Positions 23,613-53,600 of a DNA stretch of 64,000 bases are shown here, one piece after another. How positions within the stretch are numbered: the stretch's first letter is position 1; every line of letters starts with the position of its first letter. The stretch lies in contig NIVC01000385.1 of the NCBI GenBank assembly GCA_002269645.1, positions 186,001-250,000 of the forward strand, written 5' to 3'. The translations under genes were made by a program, and so were the position numbers. Under the pieces are notes generated by a model that ran no database searches, had not been told where the DNA came from, and saw only the letters and a program-made list of their open reading frames with translations. This DNA comes from Macrostomum lignano. Lineage: Eukaryota.

Positions 23613-24889
23613 CTCTGAGCACAGATCACACACCTTTTTGCTGATTGATACCAAAAAAGATGTGACTTTGTTCAAAATTTCGGGTAAAAAAGTGGTACTA
23701 AGTCACCAGGGAGAAAAATTTCTCCACAAGAAATCTGGGTTCGGATGTCTCGTTGCAAAATCCGGTAGCTATGTGTGCCCAATATGCCCAACAGAAAGTA
23801 GGCTAAAAGCATGAACTTGTTTTGAAGACCTGTGTAAGGGGACCAAGTGCAGCAAATTAGTTTGGTTATTTACTACTCAATTATAGTTTCATCAGAACAT
23901 ACGAGCTATTAACACCTGCAGCTCGATTTTCTACATGTATTCTATCGATAGTAAGCTATTTTACTACCTTTTCCATATTTCTACTAAGGGGGAGGAGTTG
24001 CAATTGAAAACTTAGCGTATTTACTATATTTTCGCGGCCGTTTAATTTGTAATTTATGCTGTCTGATAAAATCTCTGCTGAATAATATAGTTTTTTTCGG
24101 TCCTATTGAGTTCAATTATACATTTTGGTCAGTTTGATGCGTCTCATATTTGAGCATTGTATAGGCTTTAATATTGAATGTTATTGAGTGCTGCGTGAAA
24201 AAGCTACGCCAGTGAGTGCAAGAATAGCTGCTTCATTAAAAGTGGTCTTATTTAGCTACTTGAATTCTAATTGACTGTCCCAAGTCGAGTTTCAACTTGC
24301 AAACCTGTTTACCTGTTCGGCAGCTAAGAGTTCCGAGCCTGTTCGGCTATCCGTCTATTTTTTATATACTGCCAGCGCTTCGAGGAACTCAAAATTCTAC
24401 CTGTACATTGCGGCACTTTAAACTCTTTGTTTTGCTTATCTCGATTTTTTACTTTAAGTTAGTATTTTCTCAGCCTATAGATTCTGCACCCTTCATATTC
24501 ATATCTACCAGTAAATACCTGTGCTTTTTATTGGCTTATTTGTAAAGCTTGCGTTTCCCAAAAATTCAACAGATAATTTACTTCAAACTACGGGTGAAAT
24601 TTCTCTTCATCATGCTTGTATTGCATGCCATTTTAATACTTATTATTCATGTCCATTTTATTAGCATATTCATGTGTACTTTTTTCACTTGCTTAGCTAA
24701 CTTCTGATTGCTAACAATATACTACGGGCAGTGTGTTGTAGCTTAATAAAATTTGCTAAGTCCCACACCTACATTCGGATAGCAAGCGTGCACTTTACTT
24801 TGCTGTGATTTACTCTAGGCGTATCAATGGGTTATCAGTACTTCAAATGGTAGACAAGAAAGCTACGAGTATTCGTGATTCGAACTGGT

Positions 24890-25550
24890 TAGGACCGTTG
24901 GTTAGACTTTTGGCTCTGACTGTTGGCTCTGACTGTTCGCTAGGACTGTCGTTGGTTGGACTGTTGGTTAGACTGTTCGCTAGGACTGTCGTTGGTTGGA
25001 CTGTTGGTTAGACTGTTCGCTAGGACTGTCGTTGGTTGGACTGTTGGTTAGACTGTTCGCTAGGACTGTCGTTGGTTAGACTGTTGGTTAGACTGTTCGC
25101 TAGGACTGTCGTTGGTTAGACTGTTCGCTAGGACTGTCGTTGGTTGGACTGTTGGTTAAACTGTTCGCTAGGACTGTCGTTGGTTGGACTGTTGGTTAAA
25201 CTGTTCGCTAGGACTGTCGTTGGTTGGACTGTTGGTTAAACTGTTCGCTAGGACTGTCGTTGGTTGGACTGTTGGTTAAACTGTTCGCTAGGACTGTCGT
25301 TGGTTGGACTGTTGGTTAGACTGTTCGCTAGGAATGTCGTTGGTTGGACTGTTGGTTAGACTGTTCGCTAGGACTGTAGTTGGTTGGACTGTTGGTTAGA
25401 CTGTTCGCTAGGACTGTCGTTGGTTAGACTGTTTGTTAGACTGTTCGCTAGGACTGTAGTTGGTTGGACTGTTGGTTAAACTGTTCGCTAGGACTGTCGT
25501 TGGTTGGACTGTTGGTTAAACTGTTCGCTAGGACTGGTTGGACTGTTGGT
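24890..25550. repeat. Minisatellite, 40-bp higher-order unit GACTGTTCGCTAGGACTGTCGTTGGTTGGACTGTTGGTTA
   Basis: About 15 tandem units, each made of three GACTGT-initiated subunits. Confidence 0.95.
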
Positions 25551-26333
25551 TTTGGATTGTTGATTAAGACTGCTTCTTGTTTTCATATTCTATTGTCACT
25601 TTAATCTTGGCTCTTCTCTGTCTGAATCGAAAATAATATACCCTTTCTTTTGTGGGTATAATGTACGACTTGTAAATCCGCTTAATTTAATATTCAGTTT
25701 GCTCGCATCTGTAAAGTACAGTAACAAAAAATGTTTCATATTGGTCAATGGACATGATCAAAGAAATAATTCTAAGGTTTGAGTTGTTCTGTGTAATTTA
25801 ATAATGCTAAGTTACAAGTTTTCTATGGTAACAAAAGCTGAAACATCCTTCTAATCACAGAAATTTCAAAATAAAGTCTTAGCTGTTGTACAAGTAAACT
25901 TTTACCGCTCCTATTCAGAAAAATAGACAAAATAATCGTGAACAGTTTAATAGAAACCTTATGACTAAGAGAGTCAAGAGTAATTACATACGCGAAGAAT
26001 TGGAGATGCTAATGTCTTCAAAGTGAGTAGTTTCGAGTGCTAATTGCAACTAGTATTTATGCAGCGTTTTGTTTATGACAGACGAACATCACTGTCAAGT
26101 TGGTCAGAGAAATCTACAATGCATTCGAGCACTAGCAGACTAAGGTTATCATGGTTTTTTTTTCAATCAGCTCGATTTACACTGAAAATAAGTTAAATAT
26201 GGGCCTTGCACGCTATGGCAAATGTTTAAAAAACAAGCAAGTTAAAGGTTGATCGCGGCGTTTTTTTATGACTAAAATCTATGGCTCCTACTATAATTAG
26301 CAGTTAATTGCAAAATTAAAACCCAGTTGTTCC

Positions 26334-42234
<15,901 letters not shown>

Positions 42235-42879
42235 TGAGCTGGAGCTGCTCGCGAGTGATGTTTGACCTTAATTGCCCTCTCTCTCACTTTCTCCAGGCCG
42301 CCTCTCTGGCTCCGGCCGTGATTGCGCATTTTATCCACACCGACACGCCGCTTTCCTCGCGCCGGCCACCCAATCCGTGCGGCCAAACCGACTGGGGGGA
42401 GTCGCTGGCCTTCCCAACTTCACCGCCATAGGCTGGGGACGCTGCCTGCACGCATGGCTGGCTCCTGTCTGATGACGCTGGACCATGAGGAAAAACTCCC
42501 ACAGCCGACTTCACCAAATTGACTTTTGGAGTGGCCTTCCGAGTCCCTAATGCCCCCCGCTGGCCTGTGTTCCCAGCTTCCTCTCTCAGCTCATTCTCCC
42601 TCCTCCCCATCTCAAGCGTTTCAGCCATTCGAAGATTGTGGGAAAAATTCTTGCATCCCCCCGCTGCGTCCTGAGCCTTACAGTTTCCAGTTTTAGCGAG
42701 TCCGCAGTTATTTGCCCTGCTTATCAATAGCGCCACAAAATTGCCAGACCTGAAGCTTAGAGAGAGAGATTAGCGATGGCATGGAACAGTTCTGCAGTTC
42801 GGGATGTTATTGAATTTCTTCTGCTTCGATCTGTCAACTCCTGTACGGGTGAAACGGCTGCGCAGCCAGACATTTCTCT

Positions 42880-43620
42880 CGTGGGGTGAGATATTCACTC
42901 TCAGGGTGAGAATACTCTCGTATATGGTGAGATATTCACTCTTAGGGTAAGAATACTCTCGTATAGGGTGAGATATTCTCTCGTAGGGTGAGAATACTCT
43001 CGTATAGAGTGAGATATTCACTATTAGGGTGAGAATACTCTCATATAGGGTGAGATATTCACTCTTAGGGTAAGAATACTCTCGTATATGGTGAGATATT
43101 CACTCTTAGGGTGAGAATACTCTCGTATAGGGTGAGATATTCACTCTTATGGTAAGAATACTCTCGTATATGGTGAGATATTCTCTCGTAGGGTTAGATA
43201 TTCTCTCGTAGTGTCGTAGTGTGAGATATTCTCCGTAGGGTGAGATATTCTCTGGAAGGTTGAGATATTCACTCTTAGGGTGAGAATACTCTCGTATAGG
43301 GTGAGATGTTCACTCTTAGGGTAAGAATACTCTCGTATAGGGTGAGATGTTCACTCTTAGGGTAAGAATACTCTCGTAGGGTGAGATATTCTCTCGTAGG
43401 GTGAGATATTCTCTCGTAGTGTGAGATATTCTCTCGTAGTGTGAGATATTCTCTCGTAGGGTGAGATATTCACTCTTAGGGTAAGAATACTCTCGTAGGG
43501 GGAGATATTCTCTCGTAGGGTTAGATATTCTCTCGTAGGGTGAGATATTCTGTCGTAGTGTGAGATATTCTCTCGTAGGGTAAGATATTCTCTGGAAGGT
43601 TGAGATATTTTCTCGTAGAG
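42880..43620. repeat. Minisatellite, ~41-bp dimer (GTGAGATATTCACTCTTAGG + GTGAGAATACTCTCGTATAGG) grading into a 20-bp monomer
   Basis: Visible tandem units upstream of NCKX exon 1. Confidence 0.95.
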
Positions 43621-45474
43621 TATTCTCGAAACAAATATTGTTTCTGCCTTTTTGTTATTTGTTTGATTTCCTTTTTTCATGTACTGATGCCACAGGAAAC
43701 AGGAACCACATTCCACACTATTATTGTCTCAATCATATCAAATGAACTTTGTCTCAAGTAAAAAACACAGTCTTTGTCCATCAGCGGCTTGATGTCGTGT
43801 TTAGCGTCGGGTCAGTAAGCTTCGGGTTTTGCTCGTTTGACTTTATTTTAGTGCGGGCTTATGAAAATCCATTAACGGTCTCGATTTTCAGCTTGTGTTT
43901 GCTTTCATCTCGTCTCAAACAGAGTTGTAGCCGAGCAACTGAGGTATGATAAACAGAGAACTTTAAACAGTGTGTCTGCGCCTGAACTGCGGCTAAGCAG
44001 CGTCATCTGTTTGCGTTTCAAGTAATTTGAGAAGTTCGCCCGCCCCAGGGGATTAGATTTATGATAAAGGCGGGGGGGGGGAGCTCGGGAACTCAGTTCG
44101 GGAAACAGGAGAAGGAAAAGTGGGGGCGCACTTTAGACTCAATTGAGGCTTTCTTGGCCTTGATTTAACGAAGACGCGCCTGCTGAGGTGAATTGCACTC
44201 GAGAGGGCCCCGCATGTTTTCTATTGATTTTTTCTCTCATCCCCGTTTTCTATTGGTGCTGCTGTTGGCTTGCCCCCGGGAATTCGATCAGAAATATTCG
44301 ATTCGATTCTTTTCATTCGAGTCTCCTTATATAGGAATATGGGAGTTCGAGTGCATTTGTGCTGCAGATATTGCTGGATTGCTGGACTTTAATGAGTTCG
44401 TTCGTCATTTGGCTGTAAGCAGATTTCCTGTCTCGAATAAATTCGCATATACCAAATTAAAAATCTGGAAGTCGAGAGTCGAGACAATGATTCACAAACT
44501 CATTTACCGAGCACTACTCATTTTCGAGCATTTTATCGGTCTTTTATTCTCTTCCTTTTCTTAGCACAGAATACTGTGTGCTTCTTAGTGCCTCGCGACC
44601 TCTATGTACTAGTACTCTACTGTTAGTAGCAACATAGAGTTTTCTCGAACAATATCAGCTAAGCATTTTTTCTCGCACTGTTGTGAGTGTTAAAATTAGC
44701 TAATAAATTAAGTGCTATAACGGGCCTAAAAACGAAGCCAATTATATTAACGCCATTCTCTCTGTATGAACCAAACGGTTTGCAACAAGTTAAGATTTTC
44801 TTGTGAAATTTGAAGTGAACAAAGAACTGTACATTTTAAGTCGTAAAACATAGTTGAATATCTCAAATAAAGACCTGGAGTAAGTAGGAATGGGAATAAA
44901 AACAATCGAAATAGCCATAGTCTTAGTAATTGTCATAGCTATACAATACTATTTAATATAATTTTACGAGCGTATATACTCGTAATACCCGCCGATATCC
45001 GGTTCTATGGTCTAAAATCCTCGACCAGATATAACTATATGCAGTCTCGGACTTTATTTTCCATAGAACCAGAATTTGTCGGGGGTTATATTTAAAATAC
45101 AAATACGAACGTGCGTTCCTTACCGACCTCCCAGCTCATTTCTAAGAAAATCAAGTGTAGCTACAGCAGTTGTTTATTGGTAAATTTTGCTCAATAACAG
45201 CAGGGTTTTAATGCTTAACAATCTTAAGAATTCGTTCGACAAACGATTTTTAGTAAGTTAACTACTTAATAAAGTAGTAAGAAGCGTGCGTTTTAACTTT
45301 CAATTAAAGGGCCTGTGAATAGCTGATTACTATATTTTATTATACCTTTTCAATCTCGAATGTGAACCAAGTGACTTCAAAAGTGGCCTTTTTGCACTGT
45401 AACTGCGACAGTGAAATGTAAAATTTGCCAGCAGTTCGATTAGCTCAGACAAAAGAAGCAAGATGTACACCGGT

Positions 45475-45572
45475 AATGAGTCCCGATGCTGAAGCTAATG
45501 AGTCCCGATCCAGAAGCTAATGAGTCCCGATCCTGTAGCTAATGAGTCCTGATGCTGAAGCTAATGAGTCCC
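45475..45572. repeat. Short tandem repeat, 22-bp unit TAATGAGTCCCGATGCTGAAGC, about 4.5 copies
   Basis: Visible tandem units. Confidence 0.85.
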
Positions 45573-48500
45573 AAAACTTAGAATGTGTGTACTAGTGCAG
45601 TTTCATTTCGGCTACTGTTATTCTGGCCATGCTAGGCAGGAACGGCTCTGTAAAATGTAAAAGCGCACCTCTTTTTGAAAGTTGAAATCTTTAAGTTTTA
45701 AAAAATAATGAATTCTGCGAATCTTGCTGTTAGTAAAGTATCCTCAATTATACTCTTGGCAGCATGACTTAGATAAGTTTTCCTTAGATAAGGTCGGTGC
45801 TATTCCGCATGCCGCAGGGGACATCAGATAAAGCAGGTGATTGTTCTGCCCCTAAAAGCTTCTGTCCTCGGTCCCTAAGATTAGAACAGCAGATATTGAA
45901 GGGACGCAAGAAGCTAAGGATCCTCGGCTTTTTTTAGTAACTGACCGCTGGGTTCCTCTTTCTCGTTGTTAAGGAGAAACGATAAAAATCAAAGAGAGGC
46001 ACCACAACAGGTAGCTATATGGTTAGCATTGATGAAGACCTGCCGGGAGGTGTTGCCTATCTATAAAGTCGAGGAATGATGCTGATTCATTGAAAGTCTA
46101 TACTGCAACTAAGGAGATTGGAATCGCTCCATTAAATTATCAGGCGTCGTATTGGCGACAGGGTGGGCAGATGGCGCCACTATTATCCACTGCTTCTCCG
46201 GTGTTTTGTCTGGATAAAACAAACCAGCTTTAGCTAAATTTGTTGTTGCTCGACTGATTTTGAAAAAGTTTTGAAAGGAAAAATCTAATCATCTTTAGAG
46301 AGTTTTTCCGTGTAAATTTTCTGCATCAGTTCATGCCAGGTGATCAGGCGGCGGACATGGAGGCGCCCGCCAATTACATTTAGCTTGCAAGGTGCGCCTG
46401 TGGACACTTCGGAGGCGTCGCATTGTCTGCCCGCTTGGGCGTCTGAGACGAGCAAACATTCGCATACGGCTACAGCAAACAGATTATAAAATATGCTGTG
46501 TAGCCAAGTCCTGTTGGCTTGGCGCGCTAATTATTGAGCTTTAATTAGGTAGTTTTACCCCATTAAAAACTTGTTTTTCTACATGCATGACAACAATCTA
46601 AATGTTGTAATTTTTGCGTTAAAATGAGTCCAATGTTCACAGCGAGTCGCCTTGGCTGGATTGCTGACGATGTAATTAGGGCTTTCTCCTGTACAGTTTA
46701 CAGGCGTCTTTTGAAAGCTCTAATTACTTGCTTTGCGAGACTGGATACAAATATATAAAATACTTCTACTTTAGGCAAATATTTTGAATTCCAACATTAA
46801 ATCTGTCGATTCATAAAGAAATTGAAACTGTCATGCGCTTCAAATTGTGTATAAAGCTGTTACAAATTTCTCAGTCTATTTTCAAGAAAACCGACATGCA
46901 TATTAACTTTTCGTTTTTCATTTTCCTATTTAAAGCATTCTTATGTAAATGGAAACCAGTTAAAGTTTTTATTTAGACAGTTTTTCGTTTCACTCTGATT
47001 TTCTATGGTTAAAAGTAAGGAAATGAGTTGATAAGCAATAAGCAATGTACAGTGCAATGTACAGCCCAGTCAACTGTATGGGGGCAGCTATAGTCTATGG
47101 CCAGTCCTGATGACCATCCCGGCGGGAACGGATATTGTCAGCTTACATACTTAAAAGAATACTACACCTTTTCACGCTCAATTTTGATCAAAGTCCAGTT
47201 CTAAAAAAACTAGCGGAAATTCAATAAAAACAAACCCCAGTTCAAAACATTCTGTCCATTCTGCCACCGAAGCAAGGTTTAGCCATAGACAAAATTGCTA
47301 TCTAGAGCTAAGTCTAAGTCCCTATTACAGTTCCGGAACTAATCTTATTCACTTTAGCCATAGTCAGTCAAAGACAAATGAGAGAGAGAAATATGTGAAG
47401 ATAATTTTTTTCATCACGGATTATTCCTTCTGTGATGTCCTTCCCCAGATAAGGAGAAGCACAGGGAATCTTAGTCTGTCAGTCCGTCTGTCTGATCTGG
47501 TTTCCAACTCGAACCAGCGAATAAATGAGCCACAGTAATGCCGGAACAGGGCTCGCTACCTGCCCTCGAGGTATAAAAAAGGTGGGGCGAGTGAGACGGA
47601 TCTGATTCTTAGAAGAGAAAAATGTTCCAGTCAAAGTCAATATGTGGATGCATGGGAATAAAATGAAGATCTTTGGGTGAAGACATCGGAAAAGCACCCC
47701 CGCGAAGACACAAAGTTGTCTTTCAGCCTTGTTACGGATTAACGAGGCCACTTATTGTGGCTTGATTCTTTGCAGTAGGGATGCCCAGAGAGGGGAACAG
47801 AGCCGGGAGCGGCTGAGTGGGTCTGAGGGACAGGCAGCCAGATAGATTATGCAATCCCATAAGATGCGTTCAAAAAACTTTTTCCCCACTGTCCTACAGA
47901 TCTTCTAGAGCGGGATCCCATGCATGAATGAATATCTGCTTTTTAGCTTTTCAAGATTCGCGAGAAAAAAATTTCAACAACAGAAACTGTATAGGCTATA
48001 GCGCATAAATTCAACTGATTCGGTGTTGTATCTGCAATATGCGACACTAAAGCCATATTTTTGCACCTTCGGTGTCGTCTTCTTAAACCGGTTTTCTACA
48101 TCGATCGCTTTTTGCTCGTTAGCACAGCTTCGCAAATCTGGCGCAACTTGCGCAGCTGCACTGACCTGGCATTTTCGGAGGCTGTTCGTTACAAAACAGT
48201 GGGATTGGCCGTTCACAAGCAGTCAGACAGATCACTTTGGGGGGGGTGTCTGTATCGAGTTGTGCGTCCTCGCTGATGGTATGCTTTTTGGCGACACTGC
48301 CACAGTAGGCCTATAGCTGAAGATGCCTGATTCACTAATTAAAAAGTTTCTATAATGCAGTCATTTACGAATTGCAACTGGATGAGACAGCGATGGCGTC
48401 TGTTTCAACTTGTAGGACCACAACAGACACGTTTTAGTAGCTTTTAAATCAGTTTTTGTTTGGACCATTAAGTAAGGCTTGATTTCATGTTTCTTTACAA

Positions 48501-49889
48501 GCCAGGAATGTTTAAGAAAATGATGTATCCCTGTGGTTTATGTCTGTGACAATGCATCCCATACAATCAAGAGCATACAATTTGAGTTCTACTAACTCAC
48601 TTTGTGACTTGCGCTAAAAAGTGTTTAAGCAGGTATCTACATGAATAAAATATTTTAGCAACAAGCCAGTGCCTAAATGTCTACTCAGGTAACTGTATGT
48701 CTAATGATATCGGGAACCCTGGGCCCCAGCACCGACCAAGGAGAGGCCGAGTCAAAACGGATCAAATGACGTCATGCAACGGCGACCTCTTATATCAACA
48801 AGGCTTAACAATAGGATTAGCCAGGCGGACTTGAGAGGAAACCGGAGTCCAGTGGAGAGGCCTACTGTGAGCTGAACTGTCGCCCAGAAGCCAGTGGAAC
48901 TGCTGGTGTCGGATTTCAAATCGAAGCACGCAGCGTCAAGAGGATGTTTTCATCTGCAATGTTTCTCTGGCTCAATCTTTTTTTGCCATTAATTCTGCAT
49001 TCTTCATCTTGAATGGCGCTGGCACAGCGGGATGCCATGATCAGTTCTTCAGTGCGCGGCGGCAAATCTTGGAACTCTTGAGCTGCCATCGGCCACTTCT
49101 CAACCAGAGGGGAACCCTTGAGTTCGATTATTTGACTCACTCGAGTTAAATGTTTTCCTGTGTAAGTATTATCCTGCTTAAGTTTTTCACCAGCGGTTTC
49201 CCTGACAGTTTCTTGGTGGATTTAACTGTAAGTCCAACTGTAAAGATTTTTAAAGAGTTTTATTGGCTTCTAACAATCCGGCTTTTAAAAGCAACAAAAG
49301 CAAAGAATAAATTTTTTGATTAAGTTCGTTTCTTTATATAACTAGCCACAGTCAAATATTTATATTCAATGCACAGATATATATGTATTTCAATAGTTAA
49401 CTCAATTGGATACCAATTTTGCACTGAACTGATAAAAACTAAGTCATTTAAACAAAACAGTGACTTGGTTCCTAATAAATTCATTTCAGGCTGAATCTTA
49501 GAAATCCCCGTGTAGTCTTGTTGCTGTGCTAATAAACTGCGGCTAGATAGACAATGTAGTTCCTAATTGCGCTAATTAACAAGTAATTACAGAAGGTGCA
49601 TGGTGCCAGGGTGCAATATTGGTTCAATAGCTAGTGCATTGGCAACTGCGGTACAGCTAGTGAGAGAATCGAATTTATTTCGAATTGTCCTTGGGTGCAT
49701 CTGCTGCTGGGCGCGTCAGTTTAGAGTAATGCACGGTTATGATTGATGTTGTTCGAGTGGTAAGTTGAGTACGACAGAGAAACCGATGGATTCTTGTAGC
49801 AGTGGCTGGGTAAAGCATCCATAATATAATTGTTTCAGTCAGCACTACACAACAACTTAAATTGAGTACGACCAAAGCGAGTAAATAAA

Positions 49890-50495
49890 GAGACCCGTGC
49901 AAGACATGAGTGCTTGATAGAAGAGACCCGTGCAAGACATGACTGCTTGACAGAAGAGACCCGTGCAAGACATGACTGCTTGACAGAAGATACCCGTGCA
50001 AGACATGAGTGCTTGACATAAGAGACCCGTGCAAGACATGAGTGCTTGACAGAAGAGACCCGTGCAAGACATGACTGCTTGACAGAAGAGACCCGTGCAA
50101 GACATGAGTGCTTGATAGAAGAGACCCGTGCAAGACATGAGTGCTTGACAGAAGAGACCCGTGCAAGACATGACTGCTTGACAGAAGAGACCCGTGCAAG
50201 ACATGAGTGCTTGACAGAAGAGAACCGTGCAAGACATGACTGCTTGACAGAAGAGACCCGTGCAAGACATGAGTGCTTGACAGAAGAGACCCGTGCAAGA
50301 CATGAGTGCTTGACAGAAGAGACCCGTGCAAGACATGACTGCTTGACAGAAGAGACCCGTGCAAGACATGACTGCTTGATAGAAGAGACCCGTGCAAGAC
50401 ATGACTGCTTGACAGAAGAGACCCGTGCAAGACATGACTGCTTGACAGAAGAGACCCGTGCAAGACATGACTGCTTGAAAGAAGATACCCGTGCA
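49890..50495. repeat. Minisatellite, 33-bp unit ACAGAAGAGACCCGTGCAAGACATGASTGCTTG
   Basis: About 18 units just downstream of the Lhx2/9 stop codon. Confidence 0.97.
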
Positions 50496-50630
50496 AGAAG
50501 CAACTGCTTCTTAATTCTCTAGGCCGATAGAAAAAAATCAGATAGTCAATGAAACGAGTTTGGAAGAGACTACAAACAGTTAAGTATCACCAAAACAATG
50601 AGTGTAAACAGTGTCTGACAGCTGTACTGC

Positions 50631-53600
50631 TCAGCTCGACAGCCCTGACGAGCAGCAGGCATCTGCAGGCTGCATCGCCGAGCTCGAGTTGTCGTCGAGC
50701 ACCGAGTCAGAGTATTCGGCTGCGCCATTCGTCAGGCGAAGCTCCAGGTAATCGGAGCTAGTGTCCGAGATGGAGTCGACTCTGCTGGCAGCCAGAAGGT
50801 CCAGGTCGGCTACGCCAACGGTGGCAGACTCGTCTGCGGCCTCTGCTGGGCAGTCGGAGGCGGCGGCGGCGGCGGCGGCGGCGGCGGCCACAGCGGCAGC
50901 AGAAGTAGAGTCCGGATTACCTGGCGTCACCTCCTGTCTCAGCAGACTGCGACGGAACTTGGCTCTGGCGTTTTGAAACCAGACCTGTTGTGGGAGAGAC
51001 AATGTGAGAGTGGACAATTTGAGAGTGGACAATTTGAGAGTGGACAATTTGAGAGTGGACAATTTGAGAGTGGACAATGTGAGAGTGGACAATGTGAGAG
51101 TGGACAATGTGAGAGTGGACAATGTGAGAGTGAACAATGTGAGAGTGAACAATGTGAGAGTGGACAATGTGAGAGTGAACAATGTGAGAGTGGACAATGT
51201 GAGAGTGGACAATTTGAGAGTGGACAATGTGAGAGTGAACAATGTGAGAGTGAACAATGTGAGAGTGGACAATGTGAGAGTGGACAATGTGAGAGTGGAC
51301 AATGTGAGAGTGGACAATGTGAGAGTGGACAATGTGAGAGTGGACAACGTGATCTGAATAAGCTGGACTTCAAATTAATTTGTCACTGAGCATGCATCGA
51401 ATTTAATAATTTGAGCTTTCTAACCGTGACCAAATCCTGCTTAACTTTGCTCACAATTTTTTGCAAAATGCATGCAGAAAGCGATTCGAACACTGTCTTA
51501 AATATGTAATTTCTGATTTTGCGTGCATTTTCGAATTATCTGTATAGTCACGTGACTCACAAGCTCTGGAGAAGATTTCCAACAGACTAGCAGCGACTTT
51601 GTAGCAGAAAAAAAGTGCTCGTTTTTTTAGGATTTACCTGCTAATCTCCCAGGTATGGATTAATCAACCAAATCGATCTGCAGTTCCCGCCGTTACGAAA
51701 TCGATAGAAAGATAAGACAAAGCAAAAAGGTAGAAAATCTCTCAAGATGAAGAGAGAGAAATGTTGCGTGCAAATGTCCAATTAACTGGCTTACTGGAGG
51801 CGAACAGGAGAGAGTCTGGTGTGCCCACTGACATGGTCTGAGCCACCGGCACTTGGGCCTCTGGGGTGCTTCTGAGTGCGAGTGTGAGGTGTGGGTGAGT
51901 TGGAGAGTCAGTGGCTTAGGCGAGGCAACTAATGAGCGAAGTTTATGCATTGAAAATTAAGATTTTATTTTTGTAGAATATGACTTAAGCCGTGATATTT
52001 GTAGGCCATTTTAGCATCACAAGTGAGATTTTAGCGCCAATTAACTAGCGCTAGCCTCAGGTGAGATTTTAAGCGCCAAATTAGCGCTAGCTTCAGGTGA
52101 GATTTTAGCGCCAATTTAGCACTAGCCGCAGGTGAGATTTTAGCGCCAATTTAGCGCTAGCTTCAGGTGAGATTTTAGCGCCAATTTAGCGCTAGCCTCA
52201 GGTGAGATTTTAGCACCAATTAATTAGCGCTAGCCGCAGGTGAGATTCTAGCGCCAATTTAGCGCTAGCCGCAGGTGAGATTTTAGCGCCAATTTAGCGC
52301 TAGCCGCAGGTGAGATTTTAGCGCCAATTTTTAGCGATGGAGGCAAGATTTTTTGAGAGAATAGCTCGTATGACCCCCATATTCACTAGAAGGGCATCTG
52401 ACCCCACTGACCTCCCCTAGATGGTTCCCCTAATTGCAGTTAAAAAACAATTTTAAATGCTAGGAAGGGGGCAGAAATTTAAAGCCTCACCTGAAGCACC
52501 CGTTTCGATAGGCCAGTCTTCTCAGCCAGCTGTTTGAGATCTTTGGCATCTGGATTATGGTTGAGACCGAAGTAGGCTTTCATAGTGCGAATCTGGTGGT
52601 GCTTGAACGAAGTTCGCATGCGCTTCTGTCTTGGCGGACTATTGAGGCTGTACTCCTCCGAGCGATGGTCGAAGTCCTCCACTGGAATCCAAGTTTTATT
52701 GCCATTTTATTAATTTCGATAATAAGCTTAAAATTTAAAGCTACGAGCTGTAAATAAAAAAAAGTTTGTGATGCTCAGCTGAGACAGAGATGGGGAGACC
52801 CGACAACAATTGAATCGTGCCTCTCAACTTGTTGCTGGAGCTTTAGGCTTTCGATACATTCTAAACATGCAAGATGGCGGTCACGTCTATGAAATGCATC
52901 ATCTAATACATTTGGTCATGAGAGCATTTTTTCAATTCAAGAGCCTCTTCATCTGTAATGAAATATCACTGATCAGATTGGCTCAACAAATTCTCTAACG
53001 AGCAGAAAAGGAAGCTCAAAAAGATTTAGTGCTCAACAGGTTTATAGGCACTTGAGGGGTGAGGTAGAGAGGGAAGTGGAGAATGAAGTGAGTTGGAAAA
53101 AAAACAAGAAAAATGTTTGAAGTTTCAAAGCAGCCCTGCACAAAAGCTTGTAGAGACAATTTCGTATGTGCTTCCCGGAAACCAGCGCAGATTCACAACT
53201 TGGACACCATCGGATCATGAAACTGCACAGATCCACAGTGCAGCCCCTGATTCTTAAAAACCAGCAGAACACGAAACTGCACAGATCCACAGTGCAGCCC
53301 CTGATTCTTAAAAACCAGCAGAACACGAAACTGCACAGATCCACAGTACAGTCCCTGATTCTTAGAAACCAGCAGAACACGAAACTGCACAGATCCACAG
53401 TGCAGCCCCTGATTCTTAAAAACCAGCAGAACACGAAACTGCACCGATCCACAGTGCAGTCCCTGATTCTTAGAAACCAGCAGAACACGGAACCGCACAG
53501 ATCCACAGTGCAGCCCCTGATTCTTAGAAACCAGCAGAACACGAAACTGCACCGATCCACAGTGCAGCCCCTGATTCTTAGAAACCAGCAGAACACGAAA

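Noticed and set aside
42880-43620. Interstitial telomeric repeat
   Set aside because: TTAGGG occurs only singly within larger units, never in tandem.
48916-49140. 74-aa ORF in a coding-looking stretch between NCKX and Lhx2/9
   Set aside because: No recognisable domain or supporting exon chain; may be a decayed retroelement fragment.
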